Origin: Candidatus Undinarchaeales archaeon
GTDB taxonomy: Archaea; SpSt-1190; JASMDC01
NCBI GenBank assembly: GCA_030753015.1
Contig: JASMDC010000005.1
Span: 64,001-128,000, forward strand
Direction of reading: 5' to 3'
Length of the DNA: 64,000 bases
Numbering within the stretch: the first letter of the stretch is position 1; each line of letters starts with the position of its first letter. Below are positions 37,875 to 47,280 of this stretch, piece after piece. The position numbers and the translations under genes were made by a program. A model generated the notes under the pieces. The model had not been told where the DNA came from and did no database searches. It saw only the letters and a list, made by a program, of their open reading frames with translations.

Positions 37875-38567
37875 ATGTTCGGGATCCCGGAATCGCTGGT
37901 TCTCCTCATGGGCCAGGTATTCGTTGGGCTCATCGGTCTCTCGTTCATCCTCACCCTCCTCGGTGTGGGCCTCATCCTCATCAACGCCTACCGCGATCGC
38001 TTCTTCCTCCCACGTGCCACACTGGTGCTCTTCACATCGTTCCGCTATCCCATCAAGGCGATCCTCCGGATGGTGGGGATGCCCGGCACCACCATCGACC
38101 GTCTGAGCCTGGACATCCGTAACACCATACAGCGTCCATTCTTCTCTACTGTGCCTCCAGAAAAGCGAATGGCATTCTTCCCCCAATGCCTCCGTGATCT
38201 GAAGTGCCCCGCGCGCACATCGCCCGAGTACGGCATCATGTGCTCCAAGTGCGGTAAGTGCGTCATCGGCAGCTTCAAGAAGAAAGGGGAGGACCTGGGC
38301 TACATGGGGGTCTACATCGTCCCCGGCTCCAGCTTCATCAAGCGCATCGTCAAGCGTGATGGCCCGAGCGCAGTTCTGGGAATCGCCTGCACCGCCGACG
38401 CCACCGCGGGCATGGAGATGCTTGAGGCTTACGGACTACCTGCCCACTCGGTCTACCTGCTCAAGGAGGGTTGTGTGAACACCGTCGTCGATGCCGATCG
38501 GGTGCTCGAGATCATGGAACTGGGATGCGAGACGGAAGATGTGCCCCCTTCCGGCGTAGCGGCATAG
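37875..38567 (+). CDS. DUF116 family protein
   Basis: N-terminal TM, FPQCLR..CPA...CSKCGKC, IVPGSS, GIAC, GCVNT.VD. Confidence 0.88.
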   Translation: MFGIPESLVLLMGQVFVGLIGLSFILTLLGVGLILINAYRDRFFLPRATLVLFTSFRYPIKAILRMVGMPGTTIDRLSLDIRNTIQRPFFSTVPPEKRMAFFPQCLRDLKCPARTSPEYGIMCSKCGKCVIGSFKKKGEDLGYMGVYIVPGSSFIKRIVKRDGPSAVLGIACTADATAGMEMLEAYGLPAHSVYLLKEGCVNTVVDADRVLEIMELGCETEDVPPSGVAA

Positions 38568-38597
38568 AAGTACTTTACGCAGACCCGGTACATCTTC

Positions 38598-39335
38598 TCA
38601 ATCTTCGCCGAAAAGGTGCTCGAAACCGTCCCCGATGGCGAGTCCCACCTTCTTGTACCATGGCGCTTCTCGCCGCACCTTTGCTTTTTGGGTGATGTCG
38701 AGGAAGTTATCCAGTAACTGGTAGCCCGCATCGTTGTCAATGCCTTCATCCTCGAGCTGTGAGCCCCATTCCGGGTGGAACTGCACTGCATAGACCGGCT
38801 TTCGTTTATGCTGCATCCCCTGCACTTCGCAAAGGTCCGAGTAGGCAGTGACCTTGAATCCACGGGGGACCTCGGTCACCTCATCACCATGGTATTCCGC
38901 CATGATGACCTCATCATCGAGCCCTTTGAACAGTGGGCTTTTTTCTGTGAAGTGGACCTTCGTAGGACCTCGCTCCAGTTCATAGCCTTCCGCCTTGTCG
39001 GTCCTCCCGTCATAGGATTCTGCCAGGAGCTGATGAGCGAAGCAGATGCCGAGCACTGGCCGTTTCGATGAACGGTAGAGCTCCTGTTCAGCCTGAAGCC
39101 ACTCATCATCGCGATGCTCACGAACGTTGTAAGGTGATCCCGAGCCGATTATGCCATCGAACTCATCGGGGTCCGGTAGCTCACCCTTGTACGCCTTGAA
39201 ATCGGTCACGTCAGCTCCCGTTTCCTTGAGGTATGACGTGATCATCTTCCCTGTATAGTTACCAGGGTGGTTCCTGAGCACGGCTATGCGCACCGGCTCG
39301 CGGTCACACTCGGAAGGTTCTTCCAGGACGTACAC
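38598..39335 (-). CDS. Stand-alone class I glutamine amidotransferase
   Basis: SGSP, LGICFAHQ, YHGDEV, VQFHPE (C-H-E triad); no synthase domain. Confidence 0.88.
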   Translation of the reverse strand: MYVLEEPSECDREPVRIAVLRNHPGNYTGKMITSYLKETGADVTDFKAYKGELPDPDEFDGIIGSGSPYNVREHRDDEWLQAEQELYRSSKRPVLGICFAHQLLAESYDGRTDKAEGYELERGPTKVHFTEKSPLFKGLDDEVIMAEYHGDEVTEVPRGFKVTAYSDLCEVQGMQHKRKPVYAVQFHPEWGSQLEDEGIDNDAGYQLLDNFLDITQKAKVRREAPWYKKVGLAIGDGFEHLFGED

Positions 39336-39425
39336 TGATTACCACTCTTCAGTAGTAATATATCTTTCTGGGTATTTAAATGTTTCGGTCGCAGTGGGCC
39401 GCCCTACCTTACGTTTTTATTACTG

Positions 39426-40193
39426 GTGGTCGTATCACTCGACCGCATGTCTGTCGCTAGTGCCCTTGCCCATGAGGCCCGGATCGAGATGCTCCGTACC
39501 CTCATCGATAAAGGGGACGCTACAATGGAGGAGCTCTGTTCGCGGACGGGTCTTGCTTCTCGGGTAGTGGAGCAACATACCAAGGTGCTCCTTGAGCTCG
39601 GGATGGTGACGCATCTGGCCGAGGACAAGCTGAGCGTGCTCGCGGACACCCAGACCCTACTTGAGCCTCTCCTCCTGCCGAAACGGCAGGGAAGTGCCGC
39701 AAGGTGCTGTAGTGTGATGGAGGACCAGACCCAGGTTCTCAAGACCATGGAACGGGTCAACGTCCGCCTCGGACGCCAGGACGTCAACTACTACGTCTAC
39801 AACGGTGACGAGCTCGCGAACCTCTTTGATTGGCTGAAGCGGGATGCTGAGCTGATGCCAAAGGAGCTGTGCCAGCGCGGTGTGGACATGCGGTTGCTGA
39901 CGACCATCACCGAGGAGAACCTTCCCGACGTACGGCGGATCGCTCAATGGTTCGATATCCGACACCTGCCCAAGAAGGTGCTCGACTTCCGGTTCATCAT
40001 CAAGGGCGGCAACGACGTGTTCTTCTGGTTCACACGACGACGTTCGAAGAACGACAACAATAGACTATGCGCTCACTTCCATGGTAAGGACTTCCAGAAC
40101 GCCTTCTACTCGGTCTTCAACACCCTTTGGGTGCTCTCCACTCATCTGCCCGACCGGGTGGCAGAGATACGGGAGGTGCACGAGGATGACTGA
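39426..40193 (+). CDS. wHTH (ArsR-like) regulator with TrmB/PLD-like C-terminal domain
   Basis: ALAHEARIEML...HTKVLLELGMV; RGVDMRLLT..IRH..F...F..LW pattern. Confidence 0.72.
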   Translation: MVVSLDRMSVASALAHEARIEMLRTLIDKGDATMEELCSRTGLASRVVEQHTKVLLELGMVTHLAEDKLSVLADTQTLLEPLLLPKRQGSAARCCSVMEDQTQVLKTMERVNVRLGRQDVNYYVYNGDELANLFDWLKRDAELMPKELCQRGVDMRLLTTITEENLPDVRRIAQWFDIRHLPKKVLDFRFIIKGGNDVFFWFTRRRSKNDNNRLCAHFHGKDFQNAFYSVFNTLWVLSTHLPDRVAEIREVHEDD

Positions 40194-41004
40194 GGCGGTC
40201 ATGGAAACCAAGGAGCTCGCCAAGCTGGCGCGAGCGCTGGCAAACCCCCTCCGTGAAGAGGCGGTGCGGCGTGCGCTCACCTTCGAGTTCGTCACCCAGG
40301 CCAACATCCGTGCCGACTTCCGTCTCTCGGAGCGCACGGTGCACGACCACTTCAAGACGCTCATCGAGGCAGGAGTGCTCTACGAGCGCAAGTCCACGGA
40401 GGGCAAGACCTACCACGTCAGGGACGAGATCCGCGATTCAGTGGAGCGGCTCGTGACAGGACGGTCAGGACCACGCCCCCCTGCAGTGTGGCGAGTGTAC
40501 GACGATGACGACAAGACCTACCCCTTCGCCGACTGGATCAACAACGCTCTTCGTAAGGATGACACGGCATATTACCTCTACGGGGAAGAAGAGGTACGCT
40601 ACCTTCACGGTTGGGTGCTCGGCAAGCCCTCTTTCGGTGCTGGACCTTCCCCCAAGGAGCTCAAGAAACGGGGTATCGATCTGCGGATCCTGACATCGGT
40701 CACCCACGAGAACCTGCGGGAGATATCCTCCCTCAAACAGTACTTCACCATCCGTCACTGCGAGGAGAACATCTTCAACTTACGCCTCATCCTGAAGGGG
40801 CGCCGGCACGTGTTCCTCTGGTTCACGAAGATGGCTCCCGAGGGCACCCATGGGAGGAGCATCTGCACATGGTTCTCTGGCGAGGACGCCTTCAGTGCAT
40901 TCCACTCGGTGTTCGAGAAGCTGTGGGAGCGGTCGGTACCGCTCATGGACCGCGTGAAGGTACTGCTCGACGAGCAGGACCGGATGGAAGGTAGGAAGAA
41001 GTAG
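40186..41004 (+). CDS. Second wHTH + TrmB/PLD-like regulator (tandem paralog)
   Basis: ATG 40186 overlaps upstream stop; ALANPLR...TVHDHFKTLIEAGVL; RGIDLRILT..IRH..VFEKLW. Confidence 0.72.
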   Translation: MTEAVMETKELAKLARALANPLREEAVRRALTFEFVTQANIRADFRLSERTVHDHFKTLIEAGVLYERKSTEGKTYHVRDEIRDSVERLVTGRSGPRPPAVWRVYDDDDKTYPFADWINNALRKDDTAYYLYGEEEVRYLHGWVLGKPSFGAGPSPKELKKRGIDLRILTSVTHENLREISSLKQYFTIRHCEENIFNLRLILKGRRHVFLWFTKMAPEGTHGRSICTWFSGEDAFSAFHSVFEKLWERSVPLMDRVKVLLDEQDRMEGRKK

Positions 41005-41038
41005 GTACCCGTCTTCCTGAAAGTGATATGTGATCTTC

Positions 41039-41266
41039 ATGGATAGCGAGATTACGGGTAAGCTCATCTCCATGCTGCTCGTAGGCCTCGTCATCGGCGT
41101 GGCCATAGGACAGCAGTCTAACAGCACGGAGCTCGAGCGATGTCGGGCAGTACAGATAGAACCAACCACCACGACTTTGGGGGATGAGGTGGTAATACGT
41201 CCCGTGGGCACGAGCGATAACTTCACGGTAGAGAGCTCCGAGACCGTGGCCGTGCCTACTCCCTGA
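41039..41266 (+). CDS. Small single-TM/secreted hypothetical protein
   Basis: LISMLLVGLVIGVAIG hydrophobic stretch, Thr-rich tail with NST and NFT sequons; fills gap before convergent nadE. Confidence 0.5.
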   Translation: MDSEITGKLISMLLVGLVIGVAIGQQSNSTELERCRAVQIEPTTTTLGDEVVIRPVGTSDNFTVESSETVAVPTP

Positions 41267-42860
41267 ACCGGTTCGTGATAGGCATCCGCCGCCCCGAGCC
41301 GAAAGCACGTGTAGTGACCTTAATACCTAGAGGTGCCTGGTACCGTTTGTACTCGTTGGCATCCACACGGCGGACGACATCACACACCACGGCTTCCGGG
41401 AATCCCTTTGCGACGATGGCATCCATGGGGAGGTGGTCCTCGACGTATGCGGCAAGGATCGGGTCGAGCACGTCGTATGGGGGCAGGTCGTCGTCGTCCC
41501 GCTGGTCCGGCCGCAGTTCCGCAGAAGGGGGCTTGTCGATGATAGCCTGCGGGATGAGCTCGCGTCCTGCCTCCTCGTTGATGAACCGAGCGAGCGCGTA
41601 CACCTGGATTTTAGGCACGTCCGAGATGAGCGCTAGGCCACCGGCCATGTCACCGTAGAGTGTGGCGTAGCCTACCGCCATCTCCGACTTGTTCCCCGTG
41701 GCCAGTACAAGATGGCCGAACTTGTTGGACAGCGCCATGAGGATGTTCCCGCGGACGCGCGCCTGGACGTTCTCCTCAGCGACACCGGACCCTGTTCCCT
41801 CGAAGAAGGATTCAAGCGCATCCATATAGTTATCGACCATCGAGGCAATGGGTACCTTTTGGAACTCGATGCCGAGGTTCGCGGCCAGATGTCGCGAATG
41901 GTCCACGCTCCCTTTCGACGAGACCGCGCTGGGCATGGTGACGCCCAAGACCGCGTCCGGTCCGAGGGCACGGGCCGCGAGGGCGGCCACGACCGCCGAA
42001 TCGATCCCGCCCGACAGCCCCACGACGCACCGCTCGAAGCGGTTCTTGCGTGCATAGTCGCGGAGACCGAGACAGAGGGCCTCGGTCACTTCCTCATCAC
42101 GGCCGACCGGGGCTGCGACAGCGCCTCGACCACTCTCGACCACGAGTAGCTCATCGGTGAAGCGAGGAGCTTGGGCCATGATCCGACCATCGCGGTCCAT
42201 GACAAGGCTCCCACCATCGAACACTAGGTCGTCCTGGCCGCCCACGAGGTTGACGTACACCACCGGACAACTGATCTTCTCCACAAATCGCCGGACAACG
42301 CCCTCCCTTTCGGCACCCTTTCCCGCATAGAAGGGAGACGCGGAGATGTTCACGACCAGTTCAGCGTTGCGGGCGACCTCATCCCGAGCTGCGTCGTCCA
42401 CCCAGATGTCCTCGCACACGGTCACGAGCATGGTCTGTCCCGAGATATCTACCAGCCCCCATCGTGATGTCGGTGTGAAGTAGCGCTTTTCGTCGAACAC
42501 GTCGTAGTTGGGGAGATGGGTCTTATCGCAGTAAGCGACGACCTTCCCGTCGGTACACACGGCAGCGGTGTTGAAGAGCGCGTTCCCTTCCTGTCGCACT
42601 GTGCCCACGATCGCCGTGATGCCCTTGGTGGTTTTGGCGATATTCTCCAGCGACCGGCCGCACCTCTCGATGAACGCCGGTTTGAGCAAGAGGTCACGGG
42701 GAGGATAGCCGGGGATGACGAGCTCGGGGAACACCACGAGGTCTACCTGGGATGCTTGAGCAACGGTAACAGTTCCTGCTACGAGGGAAGCGTTCCCATC
42801 AACGTCGCCGACAGTCGGGTCCACCTGTGCCAGTGCGACGGTGATGTCGGCCAACGCCAT
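41256..42860 (-). CDS. nadE: Glutamine-dependent NAD+ synthetase
   Basis: Nitrilase domain (FPEL, KTHLPNY, CEDIW) + SGGIDS, ENVQARVRG, GNKSE, GYATLYGD, PSAELRP; true start MALADIT at 42860. Confidence 0.95.
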   Translation of the reverse strand: MALADITVALAQVDPTVGDVDGNASLVAGTVTVAQASQVDLVVFPELVIPGYPPRDLLLKPAFIERCGRSLENIAKTTKGITAIVGTVRQEGNALFNTAAVCTDGKVVAYCDKTHLPNYDVFDEKRYFTPTSRWGLVDISGQTMLVTVCEDIWVDDAARDEVARNAELVVNISASPFYAGKGAEREGVVRRFVEKISCPVVYVNLVGGQDDLVFDGGSLVMDRDGRIMAQAPRFTDELLVVESGRGAVAAPVGRDEEVTEALCLGLRDYARKNRFERCVVGLSGGIDSAVVAALAARALGPDAVLGVTMPSAVSSKGSVDHSRHLAANLGIEFQKVPIASMVDNYMDALESFFEGTGSGVAEENVQARVRGNILMALSNKFGHLVLATGNKSEMAVGYATLYGDMAGGLALISDVPKIQVYALARFINEEAGRELIPQAIIDKPPSAELRPDQRDDDDLPPYDVLDPILAAYVEDHLPMDAIVAKGFPEAVVCDVVRRVDANEYKRYQAPLGIKVTTRAFGSGRRMPITNRFRE

Positions 42861-42883
42861 CGGCCGAGGGTTGCACTGGTAGG

Positions 42884-42891
42884 TATTTAAT
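42884..42891. promoter_or_regulatory. Shared bidirectional TATA element
   Basis: TATTTAAT centred in the 53-nt gap between divergent nadE and asnB-like starts, 22-23 nt from each. Confidence 0.55.
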
Positions 42892-42913
42892 CGTTGTCCC
42901 CTGCAGACCGCTC

Positions 42914-44305
42914 GTGACAGGTATCGCAGGATCCTTCGGCCCCACGGGCTCGGGGGAGGTGGTGACGGCCATGTTGCGGGGCCTGACCCACAGGGGGCCG
43001 GACGGCGCGTCCCTCTCATGCGGTTTGCTCACCCCGGAGGGCTCAGCAGCAATAGGTCATGCACGGTTCGACGCCGTGGACCGCGGGTCCCAACCAGTCC
43101 AAGGCGCAGGGATACTGGTCATTGACGGTGAACTCAGTGGGCCGGAGGGCCCGATGGACGCGACCGCTCTTCTCAAGGCCCTCGACCTCGCCTGGCCCGA
43201 GCCGGAGACGGTGCTGGACGCTCTCGATGGACCGTATGCCATGGCCTATTGGCGGGGCCAGGACGTCATTCTTGCGCGGGACCCGTTGGGGGTGAGACCG
43301 CTTTGGTACTCTTTGTGCACAGGTCTCGCTTTCGCCTCCGAGCGGCAGGCGCTGGAAGCGGTCGAACTGACACATCCGCTCCCGCTCGAACCCCGGTCAT
43401 TGCTCAGATACCACGTCCCCTCCGACCGTCCGGACCTGGTTACGCGTGATGTGCCGTGGCTCGCTCCCGATAACGATCCCTTGGCGAAAGGGCACCCTCC
43501 CGCTGAACGGCTCATCTCCCTCCTCACAGATTCCGTGGCCAAGCGCCTGGCTCATCGCCCGCCGGGTCCGGTCGGTGTGCTCCTCTCGGGCGGTGTCGAC
43601 TCCACCGTTGTGGCGCGGCTCCTGATGGACGCAGGTGCGGATGTCCGCGGGTACGTGGCCGTGCTCGACGAACCGGGCCTGAAGGAGGCGGCCGACCTTG
43701 AGGGCGCACAACGGGCGGCGGACCACCTGGGCATCCCCCTCCATGTGGAGCGCGCGACCGTGGGCGGTGTCGAGGCGCTCCTACCACGACTCGTTCCACG
43801 AGTGGGCCATGACGCCTTGGTAGGTGTGGCTCTGGCGCTCCACCTCGGTTTTACAGCGGCCCACAGGGACGGTGTCCGAGTCGTTTTCGCGGGCCAGGGG
43901 GCTGACGAGCTGTTCGGGGGCTATGCCCGCTACCGTACGGTCCAGGACCTCGCAGGCGCCTGTCGACGGGACGTGCTGGACCTCTGGCGTCGTGACACCC
44001 TTCGTGACGACCTCGTCGCTGCTGGTTGCAGCATAGCATTGCGTACACCCTTTCTGGACACGGAGGTCGTCCGGTTCGCGCTCTCCCTCCCCGACCCCCT
44101 GCTCAGGGACGGCGACGTCAACAAGCTCGTGCTCCGGCAGGCCGCCTCCATTCTCGGCCTCCCCAAGGAACTGGCTCTGCGGCCTAAGCGTGCAGCCCAG
44201 TACGGGAGCAGGTTGGACCACGCGATCGCCCGCTTGGCGAAGCTCGCCGGTGTTCCCCGGGACGAGTACCTTGCACAGTTCGTCGAGGGCGGGCAAGTCC
44301 ATTGA
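42914..44305 (+). CDS. Asparagine synthetase B-like ATP pyrophosphatase with degenerate glutaminase domain
   Basis: HRGPD, RDPLGVRPL, LSGGVDS, GQGADELFGGY, PFLD, KRAAQYGS; N-terminus MTGIAG rather than MCGIAG. Confidence 0.85.
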   Translation: MTGIAGSFGPTGSGEVVTAMLRGLTHRGPDGASLSCGLLTPEGSAAIGHARFDAVDRGSQPVQGAGILVIDGELSGPEGPMDATALLKALDLAWPEPETVLDALDGPYAMAYWRGQDVILARDPLGVRPLWYSLCTGLAFASERQALEAVELTHPLPLEPRSLLRYHVPSDRPDLVTRDVPWLAPDNDPLAKGHPPAERLISLLTDSVAKRLAHRPPGPVGVLLSGGVDSTVVARLLMDAGADVRGYVAVLDEPGLKEAADLEGAQRAADHLGIPLHVERATVGGVEALLPRLVPRVGHDALVGVALALHLGFTAAHRDGVRVVFAGQGADELFGGYARYRTVQDLAGACRRDVLDLWRRDTLRDDLVAAGCSIALRTPFLDTEVVRFALSLPDPLLRDGDVNKLVLRQAASILGLPKELALRPKRAAQYGSRLDHAIARLAKLAGVPRDEYLAQFVEGGQVH

Positions 44306-44316
44306 GGGCTCGAGGA

Positions 44317-47271
44317 TCACTGTCGTTGCTGTGGTTGGGTTTGTTGCTGTTGTCGCTGATAATAGTCGTAGCGATAATAAGGCCGATTGTATTGATAGGA
44401 GCCATAGGCGCTCTGCTGTGCCTGGTAACCGGCCCCTCTTGCTTGGGCCGGACCTGCCGACGTGGCAGCCTGTACTGCTGCTGAGGCCGCCTTCGTCTTG
44501 GCCGCCGCCTGCCGCGAGATGACGAACAGTCCAGCACCACTGGCAAGTACCGCAAGGATGCCTACGAACATGATGAAACGTCCCCACCCGCCCTCTTCCT
44601 TAGGCACGGACGTGGCGAGCGTGCGGAAGGTCTCCATCTCGGTGCGGGCCTGGACGAGGTGGGCCTGTGCCCCCATCATGTCCCCTGCATCGGCCAGTCG
44701 ACGGGCCTCTTCGAGCTCGTCCTGAGCGGTCTTGAGATGGTTCTGGAGACGCTCCTCGAGCAAGGCGAACTGTGTCGAGCTCACCTCCTTCTTCATGGTA
44801 GCGAAGCGCTCCAGCTCGACCTCGATGTTCCCCTCCGCCTCATTGAGCTCCTCGCCGAGACCCTTTGCGATCGCTTTCTCATCACCTATTGAGACCGTCA
44901 CGGTCCCGCTCCCCTTCGGTCCCTCCTTGGAGACGACCTCCACCTTGGCGGTGAAGCTCCCCTGCTCCTCTATGGCGAAGGATACGGTGAATGTCGCATG
45001 GGCGCCCGTAGGGATGGCCGCCACCCGGTTCTTGTCGGGCTTGCCCGGGATACCGGTGAGGTTCAGGAGAACGTCGTGGAGCTCCACGCTCCCCGTGTTC
45101 CGCACCCTGATAGTGAACGAGCCCTCCTCACCTATCGTGACGAACACCGTTCCCGTTGGGAGGTCGACCGACATGGACGGTACGCACTCGCAATCGCCGG
45201 AACAGCTCTTGCAGTCCTCGCCTGGCTGGCAGGTGCCATCACCACAGTAACCGCTCTCGGACATCACCTCGACCTCGTAGAGCGCGTACTGCGACTCGAG
45301 CCCCGTCCGCTGGATCTCGATACGTGCCTTGTAGGTCCCGGTCTCTGTGTATTTGGGCACGGTCACCGTGGCGTAGAGCTCGGTTGTAGCTCCCTTGAAG
45401 AGAACAGGATGGGCGTCCTCCAGGGTGGTCCAGTCCGCCGCGGCACCCCAGGCGATCAGCTTCACCGGGACATCAGCACTCCCCTCGTTCTTCACGGAAA
45501 TCGTGACGGTGACGGTACCTCCGGGCGATGTGCGTACGACCTCCGGCTCCTTGGGCACGAGCAGTCGCTGCTCCTCCTCGGCGCCGCAATCGACAGGGCA
45601 CGTGTCGCCGTTCTCCTCCCCCTCGCACCGCTCGTCACCGCACACGACAGCAGCGCAGCCGGCCGCGTCGGCCTGATCGCGTCCGATGTCGCACACATTG
45701 TCACTTGTGCATGCACAGTCCACTGAGATGGCGCACGTCTCGTTGTGGTAGGCAGAGCATTCACCGTCACCCAGACAGTCGTCTGTTCCGCAGTCGATGC
45801 AATGGCTGGCGCACTCGCCCCGATCGCGTTCGCATACGCCGTTCCCGCATCGCTCGTTGTAGCAGCCTTTCTCGGTGGCGTTGACGTGGTCGGGCACGCA
45901 CTGCCAGTCCGTAGGGCACGTGCACTGGTCCGGCGCGCTAGCGCAATCCTCACCTATGGCGGGGTTGCACATGGAATCGGCCTTGCAGATGGTCAAGTTA
46001 CAGTCAGCGCATCCTGCCCCGCACTCGCCCAGGTCCACATCGCACACATTATCACCGCACTCCCTGAAGAAGCAGCCGGTGACGTTCGCCCGTGGCTCGG
46101 CCGGGTCGCACAGCGCGCCTTGGAGGCAGGGACAGTCGATGGATGAATTACAGTTCTCCCCGGCCTTGAGGTTGCATTCAGGATCTCGGGCGCACACAGT
46201 GACGTTGCATCCTATGCACCCCTGAGCACATTCGCCGAAGCTGGTGGTGTTCCCGCTCACCAGGTCCTTCACCTCGAAGTCGCATATATCGTCCGTGCAC
46301 GTGACAAGGAAGCAGCCCTGGCTGTTCGACCTTGGATCAGCGGGATCACAGAGACCATCGGCCGCGCAGGCGCAGTCCGGCGAGGTGTCGCACCGCTCTC
46401 CCAAGGCAAGAGTGCATGCGCCGTCTCCAGCGCACTGGGTGATATTGCAGTCGACACACCCGGCAAGGCACTCACCCGCATCACACACGCCATTACCACA
46501 GTCGGGACTGTAGCATCCGCGAGGTGTGCTGGCCTGTGCCCCCGGTTCGCAGCTCCAACCACCCGGGCATGGGCAGAGGTCAGGATCGTTCTCGCAGGTG
46601 AGCCCAGCATCGATATCGCACGAGAGCTTCTGCGAGATCCTGAGCTCGATGTCGAGGAGACCTATTGGCGCTTTCTCGACAGCGAATGTCACTGCAAGGG
46701 ATCCGTCGCCGAGGAAGGTGACATTGGGTGGTGTCCGCGAGCTGTGGATAAGAGTGATGTTGCCGTCCCTTGAAGGAGCGAACACTTCCCCATCGGTGGT
46801 GCGGTAGCCCAATGGCTCCATGTCTATCACCGCCAGCCTCACGGTCCCCCCGCCCTCGAGAGGGAGGATGCCGAACAAGGTCCAGACCACGTCCCCGCGC
46901 GACATTGGAACGGCGGCATCGTACTCCACGGCCACCACCTGCGAACGTCCACGAAGGAGCGGTTCGTTCAGTGCCACGACCAGCCCGGTACCAACGCCCG
47001 TGGGCGCGACTCGCACGTTCAGAGGTTGCTCCCGATCGAACGCGACGAGACTTGGTTCATCCACTGGGAAGGGTGACTCAATCCACCACTCCTCCAACTG
47101 CTCACCCTCGGCGCAGCATGTAAGGTTCGCCGCTACGAGCACATGGACATATTCACGTCCGTGGACATCTACCTCCCATGCCACCTCCGCCAGAGCCGGG
47201 ACGGTGAGCAGGCTCACGATGACGAGCATCTGTGCGGCCGCCAGGCCCGGACGTTGTGGTATCGGGTTCAT
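44317..47271 (-). CDS. Large Cys-repeat surface protein with Ig/CARDB-like domains and C-terminal TM anchor
   Basis: Signal-like N-terminus, four ~70-aa 12-Cys repeats, VKNEGS / VRNTGS Ig-like modules, coiled stalk, TM, Q/Y-rich tail. Confidence 0.82.
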   Translation of the reverse strand: MNPIPQRPGLAAAQMLVIVSLLTVPALAEVAWEVDVHGREYVHVLVAANLTCCAEGEQLEEWWIESPFPVDEPSLVAFDREQPLNVRVAPTGVGTGLVVALNEPLLRGRSQVVAVEYDAAVPMSRGDVVWTLFGILPLEGGGTVRLAVIDMEPLGYRTTDGEVFAPSRDGNITLIHSSRTPPNVTFLGDGSLAVTFAVEKAPIGLLDIELRISQKLSCDIDAGLTCENDPDLCPCPGGWSCEPGAQASTPRGCYSPDCGNGVCDAGECLAGCVDCNITQCAGDGACTLALGERCDTSPDCACAADGLCDPADPRSNSQGCFLVTCTDDICDFEVKDLVSGNTTSFGECAQGCIGCNVTVCARDPECNLKAGENCNSSIDCPCLQGALCDPAEPRANVTGCFFRECGDNVCDVDLGECGAGCADCNLTICKADSMCNPAIGEDCASAPDQCTCPTDWQCVPDHVNATEKGCYNERCGNGVCERDRGECASHCIDCGTDDCLGDGECSAYHNETCAISVDCACTSDNVCDIGRDQADAAGCAAVVCGDERCEGEENGDTCPVDCGAEEEQRLLVPKEPEVVRTSPGGTVTVTISVKNEGSADVPVKLIAWGAAADWTTLEDAHPVLFKGATTELYATVTVPKYTETGTYKARIEIQRTGLESQYALYEVEVMSESGYCGDGTCQPGEDCKSCSGDCECVPSMSVDLPTGTVFVTIGEEGSFTIRVRNTGSVELHDVLLNLTGIPGKPDKNRVAAIPTGAHATFTVSFAIEEQGSFTAKVEVVSKEGPKGSGTVTVSIGDEKAIAKGLGEELNEAEGNIEVELERFATMKKEVSSTQFALLEERLQNHLKTAQDELEEARRLADAGDMMGAQAHLVQARTEMETFRTLATSVPKEEGGWGRFIMFVGILAVLASGAGLFVISRQAAAKTKAASAAVQAATSAGPAQARGAGYQAQQSAYGSYQYNRPYYRYDYYQRQQQQTQPQQRQ

Positions 47272-47280
47272 GGTCCTCTC

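Noticed and set aside
37818-38186. N-terminal extension of the 368-aa ORF
   Set aside because: It is the antisense of the DUF116 gene; ATG 37817 fits the shared promoter.
38598-39335. Calling the GATase guaA
   Set aside because: No GMP synthase ATPase partner in window; only the generic class I triad is supported.
42861-43019. N-terminal extension of nadE in ORF track
   Set aside because: Overlaps divergent asnB-like gene; homology and TATA spacing point to 42860.
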